Both the position numbers and the translations under genes were made by a program. DNA of 64,000 bases from Felis catus (Eukaryota): the NCBI RefSeq assembly GCF_018350175.1, contig NC_058368.1:198216001-198280000 (forward strand). The letters run 5' to 3'. Under the pieces are notes generated by a model. That model was not told the DNA's origin, did not search any database, and worked only from the letters and a program-made list of their open reading frames with translations. The number at the start of each line of letters is the position of its first letter. Positions within the stretch are counted from its first letter, which is position 1. Shown one piece after another: positions 13,187-25,553 of this stretch.

Positions 13187-15434
13187 TAGGCACCGTTCTA
13201 ATCTTTGAGTCCTTACATCCATGTGAGGTAGATGATATATTTACAGGGGACCTGGCAGGATTTGTGGCTTACAGAGACAATGTGATTTAGCTGTGCCACC
13301 AATAAATGGTGGATAAAACTCACATACTTCTAAGGGAAACCTAGGGAAAAGTCACAGTAACTTCAACAAAAACACCATTTTTTTAAGAGAAATATTGAAA
13401 GTTTTAGTCGCCTTAGCATTTGAGCTCCTGAAAAGAAACCTTATTAAAGTCCAGTTAAAGATACCTTGACCCAAATTCTTTTATTCCCCAAACGGTTTTA
13501 TGTCCCATAATTTTTCTCTGGGAATAACTGTGATGTTTTCATCGATTTTTTTCAAGGCAATTCGGGTGGCATTTAGTGTTTAAAAATAAGCAAACTAGGA
13601 ATCTGAAAATGTAGCAATTTACCAAAAAAAAAAAAAAGTTCTGAAATCAGAGTAAATCTGGTTGCTGCAAAAGACTAAATACTCTTCATCTATTCTGGCT
13701 AAACTCTGGTTTAGTAATTGATGACAGTTGTGTTAGCCTACAGGGGAGTTAAAGCCACCACAGCTTAGAAAGTTTTGGGTTTCTGGCGCCTGTTTTACTG
13801 AATATTAGTTTAGCAAGAAAAATACGTGAAAGTGGACCAAATTGTCACTTTTGTGGAATTATGCAAAACATGTAGTTTTCATAGCCCTCTGTCTAATATT
13901 TGGGCTCAGCCGGGAGTAACTGACTCTTTTCCCTTTCCAATGTGCCCTGCCCCCATCCTGACACGGCCTCTCTGTGTCTGAGAACCCCACACTGGACCTT
14001 GTGCATTCTTCCTACATCCCAACAGAAGCGGCTCCATTTTCCAAGCTTCCCCCTAGCTAGCACCCAAAGTCGGCTATTGGTTTCCGAGTCGCCCCCCATC
14101 CCCAGATTGTGACTTGTTTCCAACTCCAGCTCCTGGCCAGTAGGAAGGAAGTTGGAGTTTCATGTACATTTCCATTAGGTGGCTATGTCTGATAAAATCT
14201 CCACTTGGGTGGGTGTGGAAATGACAAGTGCAGAGTCCCAGATTTACGAGTTGGGATGGACCTGACGGGTCAATTGGTCCAGTTGTTCTTGGTGTTTTTC
14301 CTATCCTAACGTCCCGAGTGGTGGGGGCCCCTCTCGGATCTAGTGTGGGCGTGGTTCGGATGACCACACCTCCTCCTCTCTCTAGGGACGCAAGTGAGCT
14401 TGGCTTCTCCACTAGCCACTGAAGGATGTTGGTCTCTGCTGCTGTGTGAAGGTACGGGGGAATGATGATAGATGCCCCACTCTTCCTCTTCCCTCAGGAC
14501 ACCCCTCATCATGACAGGTGCTGCTGAGAACAGGCTCTGAGTGACCTCTGCCTCCCTCATCTATTAGCCAGTACTTTGGCTGAAAGGGAAGGGAGGCACT
14601 CTATGCCCCCCTTCCCATGTGACTCCAGGTGCCAGCTGTCAGCTACTGCTGCTCTTGTCAGACTCCAGTTGACCTACAGGTTCTAAAATATCAGGGAAAT
14701 TCTAATGCTTTTTATAGAACTATAGATTTTATAAAACCATAATAGCAGGAAATCTATTCTTGTTATAGAATGGACATTCAGATACTATCACTACCTGTGT
14801 TTTTACTGTGCTTTTCATCTTTATCTACTACAGTGGATTGTTTTAAGGATTTAAATGAAAGAATGTCTATAAAAGGAAGTTGCATCACCCCTATTTGGCA
14901 TGATGCAATGTTGATAAAAAAACATTGGTGCTCAGGCAGTTTCAGAGTCATAGAACTAATAGGAATCATAAGCCCAAGACCGAGTGCCAACTCTCAACCC
15001 CAAATCTTATGCTGGAATCATGGCAGCGTGTCTCCTTTCTGTGCGTGACTGTGTTCCAGGGCTGTGTCCATTTTAGAACAGCAGTTCTCCGAGAACGAGG
15101 TCATCATGGAGGCTCTTTATTTTGTCTCCGCGATATATCATTGGTGGATTGACATACACAACCAGGAGAATATGCACAGCAATTTAGTAACGGCGATGAT
15201 GGTGTAGAAATTTTGTGTGTTTTGCTCCCTTCGAGTAAGGAAATACGGCAACCCAGCATCAGTTCACTATTTTTTTTTTTTTTTTTTTTTTTACTTACAC
15301 TAGTCCCCATACCAGTTGGACTTTGACCACCAGCCTGACAGACTTTGGCCATGCTATTTTGCCTTCCTTGTGGACTCAGTCTTAAAAAGTGGCCCTGACT
15401 TGAGACCTGTAAGAATTTGTAGGATGAGCCAAAA

Positions 15435-15484
15435 TACTTGTAGGAGTACTTAGGAGTACTTGTAGGAGTACTTGTAGGCGTACT
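15435..15484. repeat. Short 12-bp tandem repeat (tacttgtaggag) x about 4
   Basis: Units tacttgtaggag / tacttaggag / tacttgtaggag / tacttgtaggcg / tact, read directly. Confidence 0.85.
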
Positions 15485-15640
15485 GGGTGAATATTTTAAG
15501 GTTGACCTTAGCTTCTGTGCCCTGCCTAGTTTGAAAGGCATTTTTTAACTCAGTTATTTTAAAGTAGGAAGGACTGCAGTTCTAAATGACCTCTTTTTGT
15601 CTATGAATGAAGAAAAAACATCTACTCAATGGATATTTTA

Positions 15641-15854
15641 ATTTTTTTTTCCAACGTTTATTTATTTTTGGGACAGAGAGAGACAGAGCATGAATGGGGG
15701 AGGGGCAGAGAGAGAGGGAGACACAGAATCAGAAACAGGCTCCAGGCTCTGAGCCATCAGCCCAGAGCCCGACGCGGGGCTCAAACTCACGGGCCGCGAG
15801 ATCGTGACCTGGCTGAAGTCGGACGCTTAACCAACTGCGCCACCCAGGCGCCCC
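15641..15854 (-). mobile_element. Young Can-SINE (SINEC_Fc)
   Basis: Reverse complement of SINEC_Fc, ending actgcgccacccaggcgcccc. Confidence 0.94.
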
Positions 15855-17880
15855 TAATTTTGTTATTTTGTGTATGTATATGTATAGATAAATACTCATA
15901 CACACATACACACATGTTCTATTTCTTCCTGCAAAATTTATTCCCCAGAAAATTTTATAATTTTATAACCAGTTTCTCACCTTGACTGCTACTATCGAAT
16001 GTGTTTGTTTTTCTTCAGTTGTGACATGTTAGAACATATTGTGACCTCAGGACCTAGTTTTTCTGCATATCCAAATGGTACTTGGCTCTTTTACAAAGAG
16101 TGTTGGGGAGGGGTTGACTTGGAGAGTTTTTTCAAACTAGTCTAGAATATAAGCTTACACAGTAGCTGATCAGTGAGGGGTATTCATAGCAGACTGTGTT
16201 ACTTCAATCCCCTTGGGGTTCAGTCATGCTACAGAGGGAATCACATCTCACCAACGGGCCATCTGTCCTTTGAGGTGGGAATTGAGGGAGAGAAGAAAGC
16301 AGAAGGAAATCACACTGTGTTGCTAGAGTTTGGAGCAGAGATTCCTAAAAGCCTTTTAGTCAGCTAGCCTTGCAACACTGATTTGAATATGGTAAGACTT
16401 AGTGGGAGATAATCCAGAAGTGTAAGAAGATTGTCAATTCTCAAGGAAAAAAAATTAAAGGCTTACTAATTGGTGAACTAAGAGACTTAGACTTAAGAGT
16501 ACACTAACCATGCACAGCATATGCTAAGGGTCCAGTGAGTAAGCGACCACTGGGTAAGCGACATGAGTTCAGGGGAGGGAAATCTCCCACAGACTGCAAT
16601 AGTCAGGGGGAGCTCTTTGACCAGACAGGTCCTGAGCTGTCCCTTCAGAATAAGTGCATTTCAGTGAATGGCAACAAAGAGGGGTGAGCATACCAGAGAG
16701 CCCAGCATGGCTATGGAGGAGAAGACCAGGGAAGAGGTTTGGCACGATGTGTTCGGAAAGTGGGGAGGAGAATCTGTTGGATTTGTTGAGTGATTCGTCA
16801 CATTTCCTAACTCAGTTATCAGTCCACCACTGAGCTTAAAGTAGTATGGTAGAGACAATATAGTGTCAATTTTAAAAATATTCATTTCGGAGTACGTGAG
16901 ACCTACATTTGGCTATTAGGCAAATTGTTTAACCTCTCTGACACTTTTTATCCCTTCTTAGTGAGGAAAAAAAAAATCTGTATTTCTTGGGATTGTCATG
17001 ATATCCACAAGGAATGGCAGGACTGTGTCTGTGCTGTTTCCTAGTACATCTCTACCCCTTATGTAGAGGTTGTCATGTGCGAGGCACTTGCTAATGTCTG
17101 TTGAAGAAATGAGCAAGGCCTTCTAGCCTCATGACCAGGAAACTCTGGCTGTTATGGAGGTGGTTGTTTTCCGTGAAACAAACACAATAGGATATAAGTA
17201 TGTTTGAGAAATGCTGTATTTAAGAGAAGGATAAAGTAGATTTCTTTACTGGGAGACTCAGAGTCTTTCACATGCAGATTTGCTTTTCAAATCTCTAAGA
17301 GGTGCATATGGAGTGAGGGCTAGCCAAACAGATATGGTCATGAGCCTTTTATTGCCACACTTCTTATAGGATGGTCACTCTGTGGAATATACAGGTAGGT
17401 AGGACCTTAGAGAAATCCTTCCCAAATTAAGTGCCTGGAGTTCACTGATGAAAATATCATGCTTGCAATAAAACGAGGTGGGATGAGGGGAAAATGGTGT
17501 TTGGCTTTCTGTGAATTGGGCTGGATGAGAAAAGATGCTCATCAGTCAGTTACAACAGGGAGCCAGCTAGTCTTGCTGACTGAGCATGCCCAGGATGGCT
17601 GCTGAATGGGAATTAAACCCTAGAAACCCTTCAGGGTTAGGCAGCTGGACAAGGGAATGGGGACTGATGTACCGTGGCTGAGAGAAAAGCGCTCTCGGTC
17701 TGGAGCATCTCTGGTGGGTCTTCTCCCCAAAACGGTTAAGACATAAAAGGTTATGATACTGTTTTAAAGAAAGAATCCCTCCTATCCACCACTACCTGCC
17801 AAAGGTAGCCCTGGAGGTGAAGGAATAAGTGAAAAGTTAGAGTCCTTTATAAGAAGGAGATAATTAAGAAGGCACAGTGG

Positions 17881-18105
17881 GATGGATGCCTGAGTGGCTC
17901 AGTTGGTTAAGTGTCCAACTCTTGATTTCGGCTCGGGTCATGATCTCACAATTCGTGAGGTTGAGCCCCGCGTAGGGCTCTGCCCTGACAGTGTGGAGCC
18001 TGCTGGGGGCTCTCTCTCTCTCTCCCTCTCTCTCTCTCTCCTATCTTGATCACATGCTCTCTCTCTTTCAAAATAAATAAATAAGCATTGGAAAAAAAAA
18101 AAAAA
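17881..18105 (+). mobile_element. Can-SINE (older subfamily)
   Basis: SINEC body and A tail. TSD aagaaggcacagtgg at 17866-17880 and aagaaggctcagtgg at 18106-18120 (one mismatch). Confidence 0.92.
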
Positions 18106-18717
18106 AAGAAGGCTCAGTGGGGAAAAGGTCCAAAGAAAAACTGAAGATAGAGAACTTTGGGTGCCCAGAGACTGCACACATAAAAACACAATCCACCTGA
18201 CAGAATGAGGGAACCCTATGTTGGCAGGTAACAAAGAACGGGCCATAGTTTTGACTTCGTGTAACGCTGACTATTGGCCTCCCCTGGCAACCTCAGATCC
18301 TGGGCCCCCAGCTCCAGAAGCTGGAAGGGGGCAGTGTCTGCAAAAATTTCAGCAGCAAAGAAGTAAGAGAAATGTGGGAGGCAGTTACAAGCATCACATG
18401 AGTATTTTGGGGTAACTGCCAAAATTGTGCCAAGGGAGTCCTGAACCCAGGCCTGAACTGTGTCCCTGAGGCTGACATTGGCAGACACTCCTGCCTCACC
18501 CCTAGAATCCCAGGACCCAGTACCCAGCCCAGGGGCTCAGACATTTTGTTTTGTTTTATTTTGTTCTGTTTTTCAGATCTACAGAGAGCTATACTTAACA
18601 AATTTTTAAGCTAGCCAAAGTATGCAAAATGATGATTTGATATACCCATACATTGTGAAAGGATTATTCCCCCCATCAAGTTAATTAACAAATCTATCAC
18701 CTCATATATTTATCTTT

Positions 18718-18751
18718 CTTCTTCTTCTTCTTCTTCTTCTTCTTCTTCTTC
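18718..18751. repeat. (CTT)n microsatellite
   Basis: About 11 CTT units, read directly. Confidence 0.9.
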
Positions 18752-19114
18752 TGGTGAGAACATTTAAGTTCTACTGTCTTAGCAAGCTTCAATTATACAG
18801 TATATTGCTATCAACTGTAGACACTGTGTCATACATTAGATCCTCAGGCCCTATTCATTTCATAACTGAAAGTTTGTATTGATTATCAACCTCTTCTTAT
18901 ATTTTCCATCCCCTGGCAACCACATTTCCACTCTCTGTTTCAATAAGTTCAACTGGTTGTTTTTTTTTTTTCAATATATTTTTTTTTGTAGGTAAGTGAT
19001 AACATATAGTATTTGTCTTTCTCTCTCTGGCTTATTTCCCTTAGCATAATGCTCTCAGCTACATCCACGTTGCTGCAAATGACAGAATTTCATTCTCTTT
19101 AATTTTTAAAAATT

Positions 19115-19336
19115 TTTTTTTAATTTTTTTTTCAATGTTTTATTTATTTTTGGGACAGAGAGAGACAGAGCATGAACGGGGGAGGGGCAGAGAGAGAGGG
19201 AGACACAGAATCGGAAACAGGCTCCAGGCTCTGAGCCATCAGCCCAGAGCCTGACGCGGGGCTCGAACTCACGGACCGCGAGATCGTGACCTGGCTGAAG
19301 TCGGACGCTTAACCGACTGCGCCACCCAGGCGCCCC
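19115..19336 (-). mobile_element. Young Can-SINE (SINEC_Fc) inserted in the tail of an older SINE
   Basis: CpG-intact reverse SINEC_Fc ending gccacccaggcgcccc. Confidence 0.94.
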
Positions 19337-19565
19337 AATTTTTTTAAATTTTTATTTATTTTTGAGAGAGACAGAGAGACAGAAAGACAGAGCATGAATG
19401 GGGGAGGGGCAGAGAGAGAGGGGGACACAGAATCTGAAGCAGGCTCCAGGCTCTGAGCTGTCAGCCCAGAGCCAGATGCGGGGCTTGAACTCAGCTGTGA
19501 GATCATGACCTGAGCTGAAGTCAGGAAGTCAGTTTCCTTAACCAACTGAGCCACTCAGGCACCCC
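19337..19565 (-). mobile_element. Older Can-SINE (SINEC_Fc2-like)
   Basis: Reverse SINEC ending gagccactcaggcacccc. TSD cagaatttcatt at 19083-19094 and 19566-19577 brackets both this SINE and the younger one. Confidence 0.92.
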
Positions 19566-20076
19566 CAGAATTTCATTGTATTTAAGGCCTGAATAATAAT
19601 ATATATTATATATATATATATATGTGCATATATATATAATATATGTGCATATATATATATAATATATATACATATATATATTTGTATATATGATTTGTTT
19701 CTTCAAGATTATGGTTTTGTTTCCTTTGGATATATACTGAGAAGTGGGATTGCTGGATCGTATAGTATCGCTATTTTTAATATTTTGAGGAACTTCCATA
19801 CTGTTTTCCACAGTGGCTGCACCAATCTACATTCCCTCCAACAGTCCATGAGGGTTTTCTCGTCTCCACATCCTCACCAGCATTTGTTATTTCTTGTCTT
19901 TTTGATAATGGACATCCTAACAGGGGTGAGGAGATATCTCATGCAGGTTTTGATTTGCATTTCCCTGATAATTAGTGACGTCGAGCACTTTTTCATGCAC
20001 CTATAGGCCAATTGTATGTCTTCTTTAGAAAATATCTATTCAGCTCCCTTGCTTATTTTTAAATTGGGCTATTTGT

Positions 20077-20293
20077 GGGGCGCCTGGGTGGCGCAGTCGG
20101 TTAAGCGTCCGACTTCAGCCAGGTCACGATCTCGCGGTCTGTGAGTTCGAGCCCCGCGTCAGGCTCTGGGCTGATGGCTCAGAGCCTGGAGCCTGTTTCC
20201 GATTCTGTGTCTCCCTCTCTCTCTGCCCCTCCCTCGTTCATGCTCTGTCTCTCTCTGTCCCAAAAATAAATAAACGTTGAAAAAAAAAATAAA
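20077..20293 (+). mobile_element. Young Can-SINE (SINEC_Fc)
   Basis: Near-consensus, CpG-rich. Perfect TSD taaattgggctatttg at 20060-20075 and 20294-20309. Confidence 0.95.
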
Positions 20294-20499
20294 TAAATTG
20301 GGCTATTTGGCTTTCTTGCTATTGAGTTGTATGAGGTCCTTGTATATTTTGAATGTTAACCTCTTACCAGATACGTGGTTTCCAAATATTTTCTCCCATT
20401 CCATACGTTGCCTTTTCATTTTGCTGATGGTTTCCTTTGCTGACCACTTTTCAGCTTGATGTAGTTCCAACTTGTTTACTTTTGTTTTTGTTGCTAGGC

Positions 20500-20524
20500 A
20501 TTTTTTTAAATGTTTATTTATTTT

Positions 20525-20563
<39 letters not shown>

Positions 20564-20720
20564 ACAAGCGGGAGAGGACCAGGGAGAGAAGGGGACAGAG
20601 GATCCGAAGAGGGCTCTGTGATGACAGCAGAGAGCCCTGTCACAGGACTCGAACTCAAGACCCACAAGATCATGAAGTGAGCCGAAGTCGGATGCTCAAC
20701 CGACTGAGCCACTGCAGGGC
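20500..20720 (-). mobile_element. Can-SINE (older)
   Basis: T-rich tail, (GA)n tract and gatcatgaagtgagccgaagtcggatgctcaaccgactgagccac. Confidence 0.88.
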
Positions 20721-21986
20721 CTTTGTTGTTCAGCGTTTTAAAGGGAGCCTCCAAATCGAAGGCTCAGAACAAAGCTCACACGTCTAAAAATCTTACCCAA
20801 AGCCAGCTTCTCCCTTTGTTAGTTAGGTCCCACTTTTGAGAGCTTGATAGGGTTTAAACACTGTAATTAGTGGCCCTTGCTTTCTAAGGCTACAATACTT
20901 GATAAGTAAAGCAAAACAGATGTCCTTCAGGAGGTTTAGTTCTTATTAGGTGGTTGACTGATGAACTTGTTTCATAAACAATTTATGAAGTGCCTACTTC
21001 AAGAGCTACCCTGTGCAAAGCATAATGCTAAGCCTTTAGCAGGGCTAAGACGGAATAGATAAGGTGAGATTCTGGGCCAGGAGGACTATGAGACTCGCTT
21101 TCAGACCTGCCACCCTGTAAGGCTTGGGACATTCCCTCCCAGTCAGTGTGAAGTAAAGGGGTATGTAGTCCGACTCTGTGCTCCCAAACTGTGGTCCACG
21201 CACCTTCTGGTCTGTGAACTGATAAGAAGAGAAAATATTTAGAATTTTGTATGCCACTCTGACCTTGCTGTGACATTTTATTGTATTTTATAAAACTATC
21301 AGTGAACAGATGATTGGGGGAGGAGGGAAGCCCTGATCCTTCAGCACAGACCATTTGAGAACCACTGCCCTACCCTGCATGTCCCAAGCCTCTCTGGGCT
21401 TTAGTTGCCACATGCGGTCACATTTGCACACAAACTCGTGTGTTCCTGGTTCTTCGTCCCTTGGCATTTGCAAAGGTCCCTCCCTCCCCACAACGTCCCT
21501 GAAGCCTGCAGGTCTGGGGTCCTCTGGAAATGTTGCACGTTTGCTCAAGAACCCACTTCTTCCCCAGATGCCCACGGATGGACACTTCATTGAACACACA
21601 CAGCCACAGGCAGGCCAGGGTGCGCCTGTCCCCCCCAGGGGAGGGCACTGTCTCTTGTTCTCTCGGCGCACATAGCCAGCTCCCCCGTCCTGCACTCCGA
21701 GCCACACACACTGCTATTGCCTTTTACCCGTGGGGATCAGTAAGCTGTGCAGGACCAGGCGGGGACTGGGGAGGTATGTTTCCCTCCTTCATCTCCAGCC
21801 CTAGTGGCCAATCACATCCTTAAATAGATGCCTTCGGGATCATGAGCCCCTCACAGCACAATTTCCAGTTAGAGCTGGCCAGTCCCGTGTGTCTTCCAGA
21901 ATTTTCAGGGCTCTTTAAGGATCATTTTGTTATCTGGCAGCCTTCATAGGCTTCATACTTAAATGCCTGCTTTCATCTTCACTTAG

Positions 21987-22159
21987 GTTCCACGAAACCC
22001 CTTTCATCCGGTGACCTGAGAGCTGTGACCAATGATGCGGACAGCACAGGAAACAGAACTGTAACTTTTACGGTTATAAATTCCCCTAGACTTGGGAGGT
22101 TGGTGCGAGTAAATTCTGACAACAGCACAGAGGATGTTTCCGTGTTTACGCAGACTCTG
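21987..22159 (+). CDS. CSPG4B: CSPG4B internal coding exon; 173 bp, phase 1/0
   Basis: Acceptor tttcatcttcacttag|GT and donor CTG|gtgagt. Encodes (G)STKPLSSGDLRAVTNDADSTGNRTVTFTVINSPRLGRLVRVNSDNSTEDVSVFTQTL, matching the NG2 segment PLSS..LRA...P.LGRL...FTQ. Confidence 0.9.
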
Positions 22160-23244
22160 GTGAGTCCTGACATCCGTGCAGCTGGGCAGGGCTGGGTGGC
22201 TGTGCAGGGTGGCCCCTGGCTCGCCTTCACCCTGTCAGGCCAAGCCCACGTGCCCCTTTGCCCAGGCAGTTACGCATTTCAGCCATGCTGGTTTTCGATA
22301 TCAGACATTTAGTAGTAGCACAGGATGACACAATTGTCCGAAAACGCTAAGCAAATTCAAACTCTGTGTCTAACACATAAAAAGGAATCCTTTTATCACA
22401 AAGACAGATTTTAAAGGAAGCCCAAAGCAGAGGAGCGGGAATAAATCCTGCAGGACACTTCTGGGTAACATTTATATTTAATGCATAAAATTATCAACAT
22501 TATTTAGTATTGTATTGTTCGATGTGTATATATAAATCTGTATTTAATCTGTGGCTAGAACCATCTGTTTCAAACTTCACTAGCACTTTACCACCACCAC
22601 TATCCATGTACCTTTTTATTTAAATGGATAAGCTTTCTTGACTATGATTCTTGCATGCTGTTCACCCTTCTTTTTCCATTCTTAAACAGTGGGTACACGG
22701 ATTCGATAGCTGATTTGGCTGGAGCGTTACGTGACTAGGAAATTTAAAAAAAATCTAAAGTCACGTTTAGGAGAAATAACAAAAGTGTTCACCTTTAACC
22801 TTAGACCCATTTCTCTCCAATGTGATATAGGAGAATTGAACCTGGCTTTTGCCTTGTAATTGCCTTTGTCCGGGATGCATGGAAGGGAGCAGATCATGAG
22901 GCAGTGCAATCTCTGAATGTAGCACTGAAAAGAGGAAGTATAAATTCTCTAGTTTACAAATGCTCTCTGGAGGAAGAAAAAAAGGGTTAGGATGAACGCT
23001 GCAGTGTGTGGGCAGCTTAACGCATCAACACTTGCCCAGGGTCAGTTTGGATTTTAAATAATGACAAGAATGATATCAGTCCTATAAAGATGCCTTGGCT
23101 CTTGCCCTCGTTCTTTAAAAAACAAAACAAAACAAAATTTAAAAACCCTTTTTTACGGTGATCATGCCAAGCATTAGCTTCCACTGGTTTTCACTGCAAA
23201 TACACAATCTTTTAGCTGAATGTGGTCTAACTAGGCTTTCGTGA

Positions 23245-23640
23245 CTATGTAGCCAGAATCCACTAGGTCATGCTGCGGTAACAACTCTCAAATGTCATGA
23301 CTGACAGTAACAAAAGTTGATTTCACGCTTATGCTGTATATGGGCTGCGAGGTGCCTACAGGTCTGCTGTGCACCTCTCCTTTATTCCAGGACCCAAGGG
23401 GAGGGGGCAGCCCCTCTCTTGGACACTGCTGTATTTGCGGCAGAGGAAAAAGAAGTGACGCTAGAAACACACAATGACTCTTAAAGTTTGTGCTCAGGTA
23501 TGCCAGGTATCACTTCTGCTCATATCTCGTTGACGAAAGAGTCACACGAACAAGCCTGATGTCCGTGGGGCGGGGAAGGACAGTCCTCTCACAGAGAGCA
23601 GACCTTGGATAATTGGAAAACGACAGAACACTCTACCATA
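23245..23640 (-). mobile_element. MLT1 (MaLR) LTR, old subfamily
   Basis: ctaggtcatgctgcggtaacaac...aacaaaagttgatttcacgcttatg...cacttctgctcatatctcgttgac...ctctaccata, resembling MLT1I/J. Confidence 0.65.
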
Positions 23641-24469
23641 GGGGGCTAGCCTGGTAATCTGAAAGCTGTTTATGATACATTTTCCGATGAAAACAAACCA
23701 CTTTCATAATCCAACACCATTATAAACAAGAATTAAAACCCCAGCCTAGTTAAAAGGCTTGAGGGCAGGCAATAAAAGTCTTGATTGATTAAAATCCAGT
23801 TATTATAAGGTTTTAGTTTTCCTCTCATTATTCCTTCCTCTTTAAGAACCAAGAGGCAAGTGTCAAAACATATTAGCAGTGGCAGGTGTTGGCTGGGCAA
23901 GTGAGGTGTTAGATTGGGGCTCAGGGCTATAAGGGCCCTGCCAAGGGGTGTCCGGGACCAGAGACCTTGGGCCCAACTGTTGGTCTTTCCTGTGGACACA
24001 GGGCAGGCTCATCTGGAAGCACAGCCTGGGCCGTGCCACAAGTCAGGCATGCTGAGAGAGGAGTTTCATTGTTCTTGAATGGACCAGATGTGTGGCTCTT
24101 CTCAACATACAAGGCCTTTTGCTCTCCAAGCCAAGAACCCACCGTGCCAGCAGCCCGTCCTAGTGCTTTTGACTCAGAGGACAAAGGCGAGCTCCCTTTA
24201 TTGTATACAAGGCCCCACATTGTGCATCAAGTCCTGATGCGAGTATATTCCTGGACACGACAATTCCTGGGTCCTTGAGCAGAGCATAGGCTCGAAGACA
24301 GCATGTGAGATATACTTAGAGATGTAGAAATTCAGCCCAGTGGCCCACACTCTGTGCCTGTGGTGTGCGAGTATGAAACAAATACCTCATTTATGAATCG
24401 GGCGCCCTGTGGCTGCCGCTTGATCTCCTGCTGACTGCTCATGGCTGACGACAAGTCTCTTGGCTTCTG

Positions 24470-24770
24470 AAATCAGACCTGGATTAGCTCTGTGAGTTAG
24501 GGCAAATTACATGTCTTTTGAACCCCAGTTTCCTTATCGGTAAAATGAAGAGAACAGTAGTAATGATAATTGAAACCATTTTGAACATTCATCATGTCCC
24601 AGGCGTTGTCCTAAGCTGTCTTCTCTACTACTGATGATCTCACTTTATAGGCTGGGATCCTAAAGCACAGGGAAGTTAAGCAACCTTCCCACAGTTACCC
24701 AACTCAGGGGCAGCCGAGCCTTAACTTGAACCCAGGACTTCTGACACTAAGTCATGCTCCTATCCACCAG
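24470..24770. mobile_element. Two adjacent MIR fragments in opposite orientation
   Basis: Plus-strand core tgtgagttagggcaaattac...cagtttccttatcggtaaaatg, then minus-strand core aagcacagggaagttaagcaaccttcccacagttac...ttgaacccaggacttctgac. Confidence 0.6.
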
Positions 24771-25507
24771 GCTGTCCTTTCCTCTAGGAGCGTGTATGAA
24801 TTAACACAGTTGACGGGTGCAAAATGTCTAGGACACCATTCCACACGCAGCAGACACGAACTAAATGCTAGCTAAGGCTGCTGTTACCCTTTTTGTTCTT
24901 GGAAATGTGTGAGGTTCCTTTCCTCTCCCAGTAGCTAAAAGACTGGTTTCACAAGAGGAGGCAATTTTCTGGGACACCAGCATTGGCTGCCATGTTTATC
25001 CTAATGTGCTACTGTGATCTAATGAATGGAAATGAGGTCATTAGAAGAGGGTGACATCTGCCTGTCACCTGTGACCCAATGACTGTGTCCCTTTGGGGGA
25101 GAGCCCCTGGTGTTCTGGAACACATTTCCCTGATGAGAGCAAGGGGCCTGAGGAAATGTCAGGTCCTCACTCCTGGATGGAGCTCTTCAATATTGAGCAG
25201 AACATCAGCTGAAAGGCAGAATGAGGCCAGGGCTGGGAGGCCTCCAAAGATCCTACCCCAGTGGACAGAGCAAGGAGGACCCAGGGGAAGGACTCCTCCC
25301 CAGAGCAGCTGCAGCAGAAAAGTCGAGATGGTTTGCAGGATATGTTGGGCTAAATGCCTATGAATAAACATCATCGAAATACCCTGACTACTCTTTCACA
25401 ACAGTAGTCATAAAAAAAAAAAAATCAATAACGTGGGGAGAGGAGAGGGTGTCCTGAGCAAACTCTGTAAGATAGACACCAAAGTGTGTCTCAGTGTGTG
25501 TCTGACT

Positions 25508-25509
<2 letters not shown>

Positions 25510-25552
<43 letters not shown>
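25510..25552. repeat. (TG)n microsatellite
   Basis: About 21 TG units, read directly. Confidence 0.92.

Positions 25553-25553
<1 letters not shown>

Larger units (their letters stand above)
18560..20495 (-). mobile_element. L1 (L1MA-like) 3' UTR plus ORF2 C-terminal fragment, interrupted by three SINEs
   Basis: Minus-strand translation AKETISKMKRQRMEWEKIFGNHVSGKRLTFKIYKDLIQLN is L1 ORF2. Typical antisense L1 text: aggaacttccatactgttttccacagtggctgcaccaat and gttttgatttgcatttccctgat. Confidence 0.88.

Noticed and set aside
13990..14640. GC-richer block with overlapping short ORFs
   Set aside because: There is no coherent protein or splice pattern. It looks like a decayed LTR/ERVL-type relic, but I could not assign a family with confidence.
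15435..15484. CRISPR-like or other repeat-spacer array
   Set aside because: The units are directly adjacent with no spacers, the context is eukaryotic, and I saw no repeat-spacer array anywhere in the window.
15104..15541. 145-aa minus-strand ORF with STPTSTPT repeats
   Set aside because: The repeats and poly-Lys come from the 12-bp tandem repeat and a poly-T run; it is a chance ORF.
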